Source of the DNA: Vicinamibacterales bacterium
GTDB taxonomy: Bacteria > Acidobacteriota > Vicinamibacteria > Vicinamibacterales > UBA8438
Reading direction: 5' to 3'
NCBI GenBank assembly: GCA_937766455.1
Contig: CALLXD010000010.1
Span: forward strand, 8,298 to 72,297
DNA length: 64,000 nt
Shown: in pieces, positions 20,553-29,719 of the stretch
How the letters are laid out: every line of letters starts with the position of its first letter
Position numbering within the stretch: position 1 is the stretch's first letter
Notes under the pieces: model-generated
Seen by the model: only the letters and a program-made list of their open reading frames with translations
What the model was told of the DNA's origin: nothing
Databases searched by the model: none
Made by a program: the position numbers and the translations under genes

Positions 20553-21211
20553 GATCCTCCCACCGCCCGGACTGATTCGAACGTGACGAGATCACCCGGT
20601 CGCCACGGGCAGGGCGGCTCTCGGCTCGGGTCGAACGGCTCGACCGTGGCACGGCCAATCACATGCCAGCCCCCTGGCGCGCTCGCCGGGTACACACCGG
20701 TCTGCTCGCCTGCGATACCCACGGAGCCCGCAGCGACCCCGGTCCGTGGCGTGTTCCGCCGGGGAATCGCGATACGAGAATCGACCGCGCCCATGTAGGG
20801 GAATCCCGCAAGGAACCCCAGCATGTAGACCCGGTAACGCGTGCCCGTGTGGAGCTCGATCACCCGCTCGGGGGAGACCCCGGCGAATCGAGCGACCGCG
20901 GACAGGTCGGGACCTCCGTCGCCCCCGTACACGACGGGAACCACGATGTTCCGCGAAGCAGCGGTGGCGTCAAGCGGTGCCGCCGCCGCGTCCTCCAACC
21001 CCGTCCATACGCGATCCAGATCAGCCCGAAGTGGGTCCATATACACCGTCACGGCGTGATAGGTGGGCACCACGTCGCGGACGCCAGGGTACCCAGCGGC
21101 CCGTACGGCGTCCGCCACCGCGACGACACGGGTGCTGACGTCGGCGTCGATACGCGCGGGGAACGAGACCGTGACCGCGGCGTCCCCCGTCATCGTGATG
21201 TGCCAATGCAT
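20549..21211 (-). CDS. pxpB: 5-oxoprolinase subunit B-like (KipI / allophanate hydrolase subunit 1 fold)
   Basis: GFLAGFPYMG...GEQTGVYPASAPGGWHVIGR. The start could be ATG 21211 or ATG 21193 (see uORF finding). Confidence 0.82.
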   Translation of the reverse strand: MHWHITMTGDAAVTVSFPARIDADVSTRVVAVADAVRAAGYPGVRDVVPTYHAVTVYMDPLRADLDRVWTGLEDAAAAPLDATAASRNIVVPVVYGGDGGPDLSAVARFAGVSPERVIELHTGTRYRVYMLGFLAGFPYMGAVDSRIAIPRRNTPRTGVAAGSVGIAGEQTGVYPASAPGGWHVIGRATVEPFDPSREPPCPWRPGDLVTFESVRAVGGS

Positions 21212-21333
21212 AGTGAGACGGGGCTACTGCCAGAGCCCGGCGCATACGACCGCCAGGGCCATGAGCCACCCTCCTCCCCAGCCACCGAGCGCAGCGCTAC
21301 ACATATGCGCCCGAGCCGCCCCGCGGCGCGTCG

Positions 21334-22761
21334 CTACCGGTCGCGGCGCGGGCCCGGGTCCTCCGCCGTGTCCGAGACGGATAACGCCTTGAGCAGTCGG
21401 TCGTGAATGCCCCCAAATGCGCCGTTCGACATCACGACGACCAGGTCTCCGTCACCCGCGTCCTCCGCCACCGCACCGACGATGTCGTCCACGTCGGCGA
21501 AATGTCTCGCGCGCGGGCCGGTACGGCCGATTCCCTCGACGAGCTCCAATTCCGACAGCCGCTCGTCGTCCGGGAGCGACGACCGATAGACCTCGCCGAT
21601 GATGACTTCATCGGCCGCTTGGAACGCAGCGGCGAAGTCGGCCTGAAAGACGCGCCGGCAAGAGCTGGCCGAGCGCGGCTCGAATACGGCCCAGACCCGC
21701 CGGGTCGGAAACGCGGCGCGGACACCTGCCAGCGTCTCGCGCACCGCCGTCGGATGATGTGCGAAATCGTCGAACACCGTGACGCCCCGGGCGCGACCAC
21801 GCAGTTCCAGCCGCCGCTTGACCCCTTTGAACCTGGCCAACGCAGCGGCCACCGCCTCTAGCTCGATCCCGACGCCGTGTGCCACGGCGGTGGCAGCGAG
21901 CACATTTCTGACGTTGAAGGCCCCTACCAGAGGAATGTCCACCTCGCACACGCGTGCGCCATGGTGCTCAACGCCAAAATGGGTCCCGTCAGGCCGGGTG
22001 ACCACCTCGACGGCCCGCCAGTCAGCCGCGTCGGAGAACCCGAACGTGGTCACGGGGCACGGCGCCCCCTCGGCCATCTCCAGCGCCGGCGCGCTGTCGG
22101 CCCCGAGCACCAGCCGTCCGCCACGCGGTAGCAACGACACGAGCCGTCGTACGGCAAGCCGAATCGCCTCGAAGTCAGCGTAGATGTCGGCATGGTCGAA
22201 CTCGAGATTGCCCACCACGGCGACCCGGGGCACATATTTCAAGAATTTCGCCGTCTTGTCGAAGAACGCGCTGTCGTACTCGTCTCCCTCGATGACAAAT
22301 TCGCGACCGTCGCCCAATCGATAGCTCGATGCGAAATTCTCGACCAGCCCGCCGACCAGGAAACTCGGGTCGCGACCGCAGTCGCTGAGCACCCAGCTGA
22401 CCAGTGCGGTCGTCGTCGTCTTCCCGTGGGTCCCCGCGACCACGATCGGATCTCGGTCCCACAGAAATTCATCCCGTACCATCTCCGGCAGCGAGCGATA
22501 CCGAAGCCTACGGTCCAAGACCGCCTCGACCTCAGGGTTCCCACGCGACACCGCGTTTCCAATCACCACGAGTTCGATATCCGATGTGATGTGGGCCTCG
22601 TCGAAGCCGTCGAGACAGACAATCCCACGTGCGGCGAGAAAGTCACTCATGGGCGGATAGACGTGCGCATCGGACCCGTGGACAGCGTGCCCTCGGTCGA
22701 CGAGCATCGCCGCCAACGTCGCCATGGCGGTGCCGCAGACCCCAATCAGATACACCTTCAT
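21334..22761 (-). CDS. mpl: UDP-N-acetylmuramate:L-Ala-gamma-D-Glu-meso-DAP ligase
   Basis: MKVYLIGVCGTAMATLAAML..HVYPPMSDFL and a Mur-ligase core (GTHGKTTTT). ATG 22761 overlaps the ldcA stop as ATGA. Confidence 0.82.
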   Translation of the reverse strand: MKVYLIGVCGTAMATLAAMLVDRGHAVHGSDAHVYPPMSDFLAARGIVCLDGFDEAHITSDIELVVIGNAVSRGNPEVEAVLDRRLRYRSLPEMVRDEFLWDRDPIVVAGTHGKTTTTALVSWVLSDCGRDPSFLVGGLVENFASSYRLGDGREFVIEGDEYDSAFFDKTAKFLKYVPRVAVVGNLEFDHADIYADFEAIRLAVRRLVSLLPRGGRLVLGADSAPALEMAEGAPCPVTTFGFSDAADWRAVEVVTRPDGTHFGVEHHGARVCEVDIPLVGAFNVRNVLAATAVAHGVGIELEAVAAALARFKGVKRRLELRGRARGVTVFDDFAHHPTAVRETLAGVRAAFPTRRVWAVFEPRSASSCRRVFQADFAAAFQAADEVIIGEVYRSSLPDDERLSELELVEGIGRTGPRARHFADVDDIVGAVAEDAGDGDLVVVMSNGAFGGIHDRLLKALSVSDTAEDPGPRRDR

Positions 22762-23693
22762 ATGACCGCTGACTCCGTGAACACCAGACGGGACCGACGA
22801 CCGACCTCGAGCGTGACTTCCACACCGAGCGGCACCGTCAGCGCGGGTCCTCGTGTGTGCCCGGTGGGAAACCCAAAGACCACCGGACCTGTGAACGTCT
22901 CGAAAAAATCGGCCACGACATCGCGGGCAGTTGGGCAGCCGTTTGGTTCGTCGCACTCTGGGAACTCACCGCACACGATGCCCGACGCCCGAGACAGCAG
23001 TCCGCTCGCGGCCAGTTGCGTCAGCATCCGGTCCAAGCGATATGGCCGCTCACCAATTTCGTCGAGCAGCAAGACGAATCCCGCAGGCGGTGCAAACGCA
23101 AATGGGGTGCCCAGTGACGCCGTAAGCTGGGTCAACGTGCCACCCAGCAGCGGCCCCGTCGCGAGACCGGCCGTGACCACACAGAGGCCATCTGGCACGA
23201 GTTCGCCCACCGGCTCGACCGCCATCAGAGACCGCGTGAACGACGCGCGGTCGTAGCGAGCCTCACCGTCGCCGAGGTTCAACACCATCGGCCCGTGAAA
23301 ACAGGTGGTATCGCAGTGGCAGGTCAGATACGAGAGCAGTGCGGTCAAATCACTGTGTCCGATGAAGGCCTTGCTTGAACTGCGAAAGAGCGCGTGGTCG
23401 AGAAACGGCAATATCTGAGCGCTCCCGTACCCGCCGCGCGCCGCCATGACTGCCGCAATCGAGGGGTCAGCCCACGCCGTATTGAGCGCCGCCGCACGCC
23501 CCTCCGCCTCGCCCGCCACATACCCCCGCCGAGCGAAGAGCCCGTCCGTCACGACCGGACACAAGCCGAGTGTCTCGATCTCCTTGACGCCGGCGTCAAA
23601 ACGGTCACGGTCGAAGGGGCTGGCCGGAGCCACCAGCGCCACCCGATCTCCAGGACTGAGCACCCGCGGCTTCCGCATCACGTACCCATCCAT
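22758..23693 (-). CDS. ldcA: LD-carboxypeptidase (muramoyltetrapeptide carboxypeptidase, S66)
   Basis: GDRVALVAPASPF...FIGHSDLTALL...FGFPTGH motifs. The start is ATG 23693, or alternatively 23678. Confidence 0.8.
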   Translation of the reverse strand: MDGYVMRKPRVLSPGDRVALVAPASPFDRDRFDAGVKEIETLGLCPVVTDGLFARRGYVAGEAEGRAAALNTAWADPSIAAVMAARGGYGSAQILPFLDHALFRSSSKAFIGHSDLTALLSYLTCHCDTTCFHGPMVLNLGDGEARYDRASFTRSLMAVEPVGELVPDGLCVVTAGLATGPLLGGTLTQLTASLGTPFAFAPPAGFVLLLDEIGERPYRLDRMLTQLAASGLLSRASGIVCGEFPECDEPNGCPTARDVVADFFETFTGPVVFGFPTGHTRGPALTVPLGVEVTLEVGRRSRLVFTESAVI

Positions 23694-23742
23694 TGGTCGC
23701 GTCCCCCCGGCCGACCCGCTCGGGTCTGATCCGACAACCCGC

Positions 23743-24831
23743 TCATGCTCGTGCAATGTCCGCAGCCACAACCTGGGACGCTGAGCTCCCCAGGCGCGAC
23801 TGCAGCGCCTTGCCACCCAACGGTCGACGAGGCCGTTCCCCGGCCAAGAATCGGGCCTTGACGGCCCGATGACGCTCGAGGGCATCCTCCACGTCGCGGA
23901 CATCAAGCGTCTTGTCTTCGACAGCTCGGATCAGGGCCTCCACCACGGAGGCGTGGCGTTCGATGGAGCCGCTGCAGAGCAGGAGCGTGTCACAACCGGC
24001 GTCGATCGCACTGACCGCGGCGCGCTCGACGGTGTGCGTGTGGGTAATCGCGCCCATCTCGAGGTCATCGGTCACGATCAGACCCCGGTGACCCACCTCG
24101 TCCCGCAGCATGCCCCGCACGATGGTGCGCGAGAGGGTCGCGGGCCGCTCGGCATCAAGCGCCGGGTACAAGATGTGTGCGGTCATGACGCCGGCCACCT
24201 CTGCCGACACGGCGGCCCGGAACGGCGCCATGTCCCACTCCCGGATCCGCTCAGGTGGGTGTTCGATCACCGGTAGCTCGTCGTGCGAATCCGCGCGAGC
24301 GTCCCCGTGCCCGGGAAAGTGCTTCCCGCACGCCGCAATACCGTGCCTCTGGAGTGTGTCGATAACGATCGCGCCGAGACGGCCGACCTCGGCGGGATCG
24401 GCCGACAAGGCGCGATCGCCAATCACGTTGTTGGCTCCGTCGTGCCGAACATCCAGGACCGGAGCGAAGTCCAATGTAATGCCCACGGCGGACAGTTCAT
24501 CGGCCAACGCCTTGGCGAATCGCTCCGCCAACGCACTATCGCCCTGACGCCCCAGCGACTCCATCGGGGGCCACTCTGTAAACGGGGCGCGCAGGCGCGC
24601 TACCCGGCCGCCTTCCTGGTCGACGCTCACCCAGAGCGGCACCTCCTGGGCCAGCTGCTCAACGGTAAAGGCCAGCTCGGCTACCTGCTCCGGCGCTTCG
24701 ACATTTCGACCAAACAGCACGACCCCGCCCAGATCCCACTCCCGGGCAAGCGCACGCAACTCCGCGGGAACGGCGTGGCCGTCGAACCCCGCAACCACGA
24801 GCTGTCCGATATGACGATGTAGTGCTCGCAC
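23743..24831 (-). CDS. nagZ: Beta-N-acetylhexosaminidase (GH3)
   Basis: GGVVLFGRN...KHFPGHGDARADSHDELPV. GTG 24831 is chosen as the start because the track start at 24987 would run over the divergent gene. Confidence 0.83.
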   Translation of the reverse strand: MRALHRHIGQLVVAGFDGHAVPAELRALAREWDLGGVVLFGRNVEAPEQVAELAFTVEQLAQEVPLWVSVDQEGGRVARLRAPFTEWPPMESLGRQGDSALAERFAKALADELSAVGITLDFAPVLDVRHDGANNVIGDRALSADPAEVGRLGAIVIDTLQRHGIAACGKHFPGHGDARADSHDELPVIEHPPERIREWDMAPFRAAVSAEVAGVMTAHILYPALDAERPATLSRTIVRGMLRDEVGHRGLIVTDDLEMGAITHTHTVERAAVSAIDAGCDTLLLCSGSIERHASVVEALIRAVEDKTLDVRDVEDALERHRAVKARFLAGERPRRPLGGKALQSRLGSSASQVVAADIARA

Positions 24832-24896
24832 GACCAGGAGACTCGTTTGACCTGAGGTTGGCGTTCGCCGGGACCAGTGGCCATTATAATGCGCCG

Positions 24897-25899
24897 GTGG
24901 AGGTACGCTCTTCAGCCCCGACCCGGCTCGACCTCGGCGGAGGTACGCTCGATATCTGGCCGCTCTATCTGTTCCACCCAGGCGCACAGACCGTCAACGT
25001 CGCTATCGGCTTGCGCGCTGCCTGCACGGTCTCTTCCACCCGCGATGGCAGCGTTCGCGTCCACTCAAAGGATACCGGCCATACCCTGACCGCCAGCCAC
25101 TGGGAGGCCCTCGAGACCACAGGCCAGAACCGACTGCTGGCCCACATCGTCCGATTCTTTCAGACGGACGGCGTCCAAATCACGACCCAGGCCGCCTCTC
25201 CGGTCGGCGCCGGCATCGCCGGGTCCTCCGCCCTGACCATCGCCGTGTGCGGCGCGCTCGCGCGCTGGCGCGGGGAGGACTATTCGTCGCAGCAGCTGTT
25301 GACGTTGGCGATGAATCTCGAGGCGCGCACGCTCGGCATCCCGACCGGCGTCCAGGATTACCGACCGGCACTGCACGGAGGTGTATCGGCGGTCGAGCTC
25401 GGACCGCTCGGCGTCACGCGGGTGCCGATTGAGACGGACACGGCCGAGCTACAACGACGCCTCGTCCTGGTATACAGCGGCGATTCCCGTTCGTCCGGTC
25501 TCAACAACTGGGACATCACGCAACGGCACATCGCAGGCGACGCCGCGCTGGCCGCCACCTTCGGCCGTATCCGAGACATCGCTGGCGCGATTCGAGACGC
25601 GTTGACTCGCAGCGACTGGACCGCGCTGGCCACCCATAGTCAACCACGAGTGGCAGGCCCGTCAGGCGCTCGCACCCGGTGTCAGCACACCCACCATCGA
25701 CACGTTGATGACGCGCGCCCGCAACGCCGGCGCCCACGCGGGCAAAGTCTGCGGCGCGGGCGGAGGGGGGTGCATCTTCTTCTTGATTGATCCGAACCGC
25801 CGGGCTGAGGTCTGCGGGGCCCTGACCGACGCGGGCGCCCGGCTCCTTGACTCTGAGATCGACACCGAAGGTCTGGTGGTCGAATCGGATCAGGCGTAG
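24897..25899 (+). pseudogene. GHMP-family sugar kinase (HddA/fucokinase-like); frame broken at 25633-25636
   Basis: GTG 24897 gives MEVRSSAPTRLDLGGGTLD. SPVGAGIAGSSA is the GHMP motif. After ..DWTALAT the family sequence continues in another frame (IVNHEWQARQ...KVCGAGGGGCIFF). Confidence 0.7.
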
Positions 25900-25938
25900 C
25901 GCGGGCAATCGACCTCACCGCCGCGGACTCGTCTCACC

Positions 25939-27663
25939 ATGGACAATGCCGGCCTCGCGCGGGTCTTTTCTGACATCGGAGATCTCCTTGAGATCAAGGG
26001 TGCAAATCCTTTCAAGATCCGGGCGTACAGAAACGCCGCGGACATCATCGGCCACATGGCCGAACGTGTCGCCGACCTGACAGAAGCGGATGTTCGCGGA
26101 ATTCCAGGTATCGGGAAGGACCTGGCGGCGAAGATCCGCGAATTGGTCGACACCGGCGAACTTGTCTATTTTGACGCGTTGCGGCAGGAGTTCCCCGCCT
26201 CCATCCTCGATATGCTCCGTCTCCAGGGCGTCGGTCCGAAGACGGTAGGCCTCTTGTACGCCGAGCTTGGCATCGAGACGCTGGATGAGCTTGAGGCCGC
26301 CGCGTCCGACGGTCGGCTGAGGCAGCTGAAGGGCATGGGCGCCAAGAAGGAACAGTTGCTGCTGCGGTCCCTCGCGGAGCATCGGTCACGCGTCGGTCGA
26401 CATCTGGTTGGCCGGGCCGACGCAATCGCAACGCGACTGACAGAGTACTTGCGGATGGAAGCGCCCGAGGCCACGATTTTCCCAGTCGGCAGCCTACGCC
26501 GCGGGAGAGAGACGTGTGGCGACATCGATCTCCTGGCCGTCAATGCGACCGACGCACTGATGCCCCATTTCACGCGATTCCCGGACGTCGAGCGCATACT
26601 CGGTCAAGGCCCGACCAAGTCGAGCGTCTTGCTGCGCGGCGGTGTCCAAGTCGATCTGCGGGTGGTAGCGGCCGAGAGCGCGGGTGCCGCCGCGCAGTAT
26701 TTCACAGGGTCGAAGGCCCACAACATCGCGGTGAGAGACATCGCGTTGCAGCGAGGGCTCAAACTGAACGCATATGGCCTGTTTCGCGTTGCCGACGGCG
26801 AGTATGTTGCCGGCGCCGCAGAGTCCGACGTGTACGAAGCACTCGGACTCGCGTATGTCCCTCCCGAATTGCGGGAACATCGCGGCGAGATCGCGGCCGC
26901 GGCTACGCGGAACCTTCCGCATCTGGTCGAGCGGTCCGATCTCCGTGGCGACCTGCACAGTCATACCACCGCGACCGATGGAAAGGCGGATGTCGAAACG
27001 ATGGCGACGGCGGCGCGAGACGCCGGCCTGGAATACCTGGCAATCACGGACCACAGCCAGGCCTTGGCCATGGCGAACGGTCTAGACGAGCGGCGCGCAC
27101 TCGCCCACGCCACACACATCCGCGAGGTGAACTCGCGGCTGGAGGGCATCACGCTCTTCGCTGGTATCGAATGCGATATCCGCGCCGACGGCACCCTGGA
27201 TCTCGCAGATGACTGCCTGGCGGAACTCGACCTCGTCGTGGCGTCCGTCCACTCCGCATTCGGGCAGGGAGAGCAGGAGATGACCGACCGTCTCCTCCGA
27301 GCCATCGAGTCGCCGTTTGTCGACATCATCGGCCATCCCACGGGTCGCCTACTCCTGCGACGCGATCCCTACGCGCTCAACCTCGAACGGGTGCTCGACG
27401 CGGCCGCACGCTGCGGTGTCGCCATGGAAATCAACTCGCAGATTCATCGACTCGACCTGTCGGATAGTCACGCACGACTGGCTCGCGACCGTGGGGTCAA
27501 GCTCGTCATCTCGACCGATGCGCACGCGCCCGCTGCCTTCGAGCTCTTACGGTGGGGTGTTACTGTGGCTCGCCGAGCCTGGCTTGAGCCCGGCGATGTC
27601 TTGAACACACTCGGGGCCGAAGACTTGCGGGCATCGCTTCGACGCCACCGGGTCACTGGGTGA
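25939..27663 (+). CDS. polX: Family X DNA polymerase with C-terminal PHP domain
   Basis: FSDIGDLLEIKGANPFKIRAYRNAA (HhH), GSLRRGRETCGDIDLL, and the PHP motif DLHSHTTATDG. Confidence 0.88.
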   Translation: MDNAGLARVFSDIGDLLEIKGANPFKIRAYRNAADIIGHMAERVADLTEADVRGIPGIGKDLAAKIRELVDTGELVYFDALRQEFPASILDMLRLQGVGPKTVGLLYAELGIETLDELEAAASDGRLRQLKGMGAKKEQLLLRSLAEHRSRVGRHLVGRADAIATRLTEYLRMEAPEATIFPVGSLRRGRETCGDIDLLAVNATDALMPHFTRFPDVERILGQGPTKSSVLLRGGVQVDLRVVAAESAGAAAQYFTGSKAHNIAVRDIALQRGLKLNAYGLFRVADGEYVAGAAESDVYEALGLAYVPPELREHRGEIAAAATRNLPHLVERSDLRGDLHSHTTATDGKADVETMATAARDAGLEYLAITDHSQALAMANGLDERRALAHATHIREVNSRLEGITLFAGIECDIRADGTLDLADDCLAELDLVVASVHSAFGQGEQEMTDRLLRAIESPFVDIIGHPTGRLLLRRDPYALNLERVLDAAARCGVAMEINSQIHRLDLSDSHARLARDRGVKLVISTDAHAPAAFELLRWGVTVARRAWLEPGDVLNTLGAEDLRASLRRHRVTG

Positions 27664-27771
27664 GTTGGCCGTCCTGTACATCACCGGGCGTCCAGGCGCC
27701 CAACCTACCAGGCGTGAGGAGTCCGCGGCCCAGGCGGGACCCACCCTGACATCCAGCGGGAGAGATCGCGT

Positions 27772-28023
27772 ATGACACCGGCCGAGATACGAGCGGAAAT
27801 CAAGCGGCTGTACCACGACACAACCCGCACCAGCGTCGAACGCGACCTCAAGCGGGCCGTCACCCTCCTGAAGGAGCTCGACGGGGAGGAGGAGCGAGCA
27901 CGGGTCGCTGTCTACATGGACGGCCTCTCGCAAATGCGCTCGGAGTGGATTCTCGCGGGCAGGCGCGCCGCCAAGAAGAAAACCGCGACGGCAGGCAAGA
28001 GCCGCAAAAAGAAGGTGGGTTAG
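27772..28023 (+). CDS. Small hypothetical protein with Lys-rich tail
   Basis: 83 aa with a GGGAGAG RBS 8 nt upstream. The helical body ends in RRAAKKKTATAGKSRKKKVG. No family recognised. Confidence 0.4.
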   Translation: MTPAEIRAEIKRLYHDTTRTSVERDLKRAVTLLKELDGEEERARVAVYMDGLSQMRSEWILAGRRAAKKKTATAGKSRKKKVG

Positions 28024-28763
28024 CGCCGCCGAGCCTGCCCCGTCAGGAGGAATCTTCGAGCCGCGGCGCGCACGCCGTCGGAGACATTGCGGTCCCGAGT
28101 GACCAGCTTCACGTCCCGTTCGTTCAGCCGCACAACCAGTGGCATCGCAATGGCGACCGGGGTCTTCGGGTTGCGGACCAGCGCCGCCATCACCGGATAG
28201 TGTTTGAGCCACAGCCGATTGGTGCCAATCACCCGGAGGACCTCCTCCTGCACACTGGTCATCCGCGCGTACGTCTCGATTTCGTTCACATTCAGCTTGG
28301 GGCTCCCGAGTACCGCAACCGACACGACTTTGTTCGGATCCCGGATGAGCACGGCCCGCTGCTCCCTACTGCCACGCAAGGCGAGCTTGATCCGTTCGAT
28401 GACGGGTAGCAACGACAGGATCTGCGGGCGCGCCTCCGCCGTGTCCTCGTCTGGTTCGTCCTCCGGGTCGGGCAGCGGCGACGACGCACCAGCCCGTGGG
28501 GGTCGAGCCGCCGGTGCGATGCCCCGCAGGGCGAACGCCTCGCGCAGCTCGGTCGTCGCGTCCTGCCCCGCCAACCAGTCGGCCAGGGGTTCGGTGGGAA
28601 CCGCGTTGAGGGTTTCCTCGGCGAGTTGCACCACGCGTGCCTCCGAGTCCTCCAGCAGGCACAGCAGTAATTCGAGCTGATCGGTTACCGACCCGGTCAC
28701 TCCGCCCCGAGCCGCGAACTCGCGCACATCGAGCGGCACATTTCCGTTGCGGAACAACGTCAC
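28020..28763 (-). CDS. Conserved-looking helical-repeat hypothetical protein
   Basis: 247 aa. An acidic/Pro linker is followed by the repeat-like segment LALRGSREQRAVLIRDPNKVV..LVRNPKTPVAIA. No function recognised. Confidence 0.5.
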   Translation of the reverse strand: MTLFRNGNVPLDVREFAARGGVTGSVTDQLELLLCLLEDSEARVVQLAEETLNAVPTEPLADWLAGQDATTELREAFALRGIAPAARPPRAGASSPLPDPEDEPDEDTAEARPQILSLLPVIERIKLALRGSREQRAVLIRDPNKVVSVAVLGSPKLNVNEIETYARMTSVQEEVLRVIGTNRLWLKHYPVMAALVRNPKTPVAIAMPLVVRLNERDVKLVTRDRNVSDGVRAAARRFLLTGQARRR

Positions 28764-28903
28764 GAACGGAGAAGACAGAGGACCTCCAGACGGTGTACCC
28801 GTGCCTGTGACACGGATTCACGGGACTGTGCCACGCTCGTCTCGCCTTGTTCGACCGGTCCGGCGCCGGTGTCGGTGCGACTCGGGCCTTTCACCACGGG
28901 CTG

Positions 28904-29719
28904 CTAGGGCGCAAAGAAGCTACGGTAGTTCTGCGGGGTGATGGTGGCGGTCACGACTTCACCGGAGCCGCCAAGTGAACGTCCATCGCGATCATTCACC
29001 GCGAATCCGAATGCGCCAGCGTCACCGATGTTGAGGATGATCTCCGCATCCGCGTCATAGGACGCGCTCTCGCCGGGACGCATGACGCGTGAGAACACCA
29101 GGTTCCCGTCAATCGTCAAGGACACCCAGCACTCGTCACGCGGACGTAGAACCAGGGTGAGCGGAGCGTCTGCGGCCACCGGAAGCGTCTGTGCGGGCGG
29201 CGTCTGGACGGGGCGTGGCGATGGCTCGACCCGGGCGGACGAAGCGGGTGCTTCAACGACCGCGGCCGGCGTGGAGTCCACCGTGTCGTCCGCCACGGTG
29301 GTATCCCGCATGCCCAGAAAGGCGAGCAGCAGCGCCACCGGCAGTCCGATCAAGACCAGCGTGAGACCTGCGCCGGCGATACGTTGCTGGCTCTGGAACG
29401 AATCGTGCGCCCTCGATTCCGGGTCGCTTGTCGTAGACTCGGCCACCCGGGCCTCATCGAGCTCGGCCACGAAGTCCCGCACTGTCTCCTCGGGATCCAG
29501 CCCCACTTCCGCCGCGTACGATCGGACGAAGGCCCGAGTGAAGATGCCACCCGGCAAGCTCGACAGGTCGGACTGCTCCAGCGCTTCTAGCGCGCTAACG
29601 GAAATCTTGGTGATCGCGGCGATCTCTCGGAGTGAGGCCTGTCGTGCCTCGCGCGCCGTCCGCAGCCGCTCTCCGACGCTGCCGGCCACGCTGGGCCGCC
29701 CGTCACTCTCCGGGGCCAT
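28904..29719 (-). CDS. rodZ: RodZ-like cytoskeleton protein (HTH + TM + DUF4115-like C-domain)
   Basis: GERLRTAREARQASLREIAAITKISVSALEALE HTH, one TM segment, and a C-terminal beta-rich domain. Confidence 0.72.
   Translation of the reverse strand: MAPESDGRPSVAGSVGERLRTAREARQASLREIAAITKISVSALEALEQSDLSSLPGGIFTRAFVRSYAAEVGLDPEETVRDFVAELDEARVAESTTSDPESRAHDSFQSQQRIAGAGLTLVLIGLPVALLLAFLGMRDTTVADDTVDSTPAAVVEAPASSARVEPSPRPVQTPPAQTLPVAADAPLTLVLRPRDECWVSLTIDGNLVFSRVMRPGESASYDADAEIILNIGDAGAFGFAVNDRDGRSLGGSGEVVTATITPQNYRSFFAP

Noticed and set aside
21212-21333. Missing pxpA hidden in the mpl-pxpB gap.
   Set aside because: The gap is only 122 nt. It holds only a 23-codon micro-ORF, which is reported separately.
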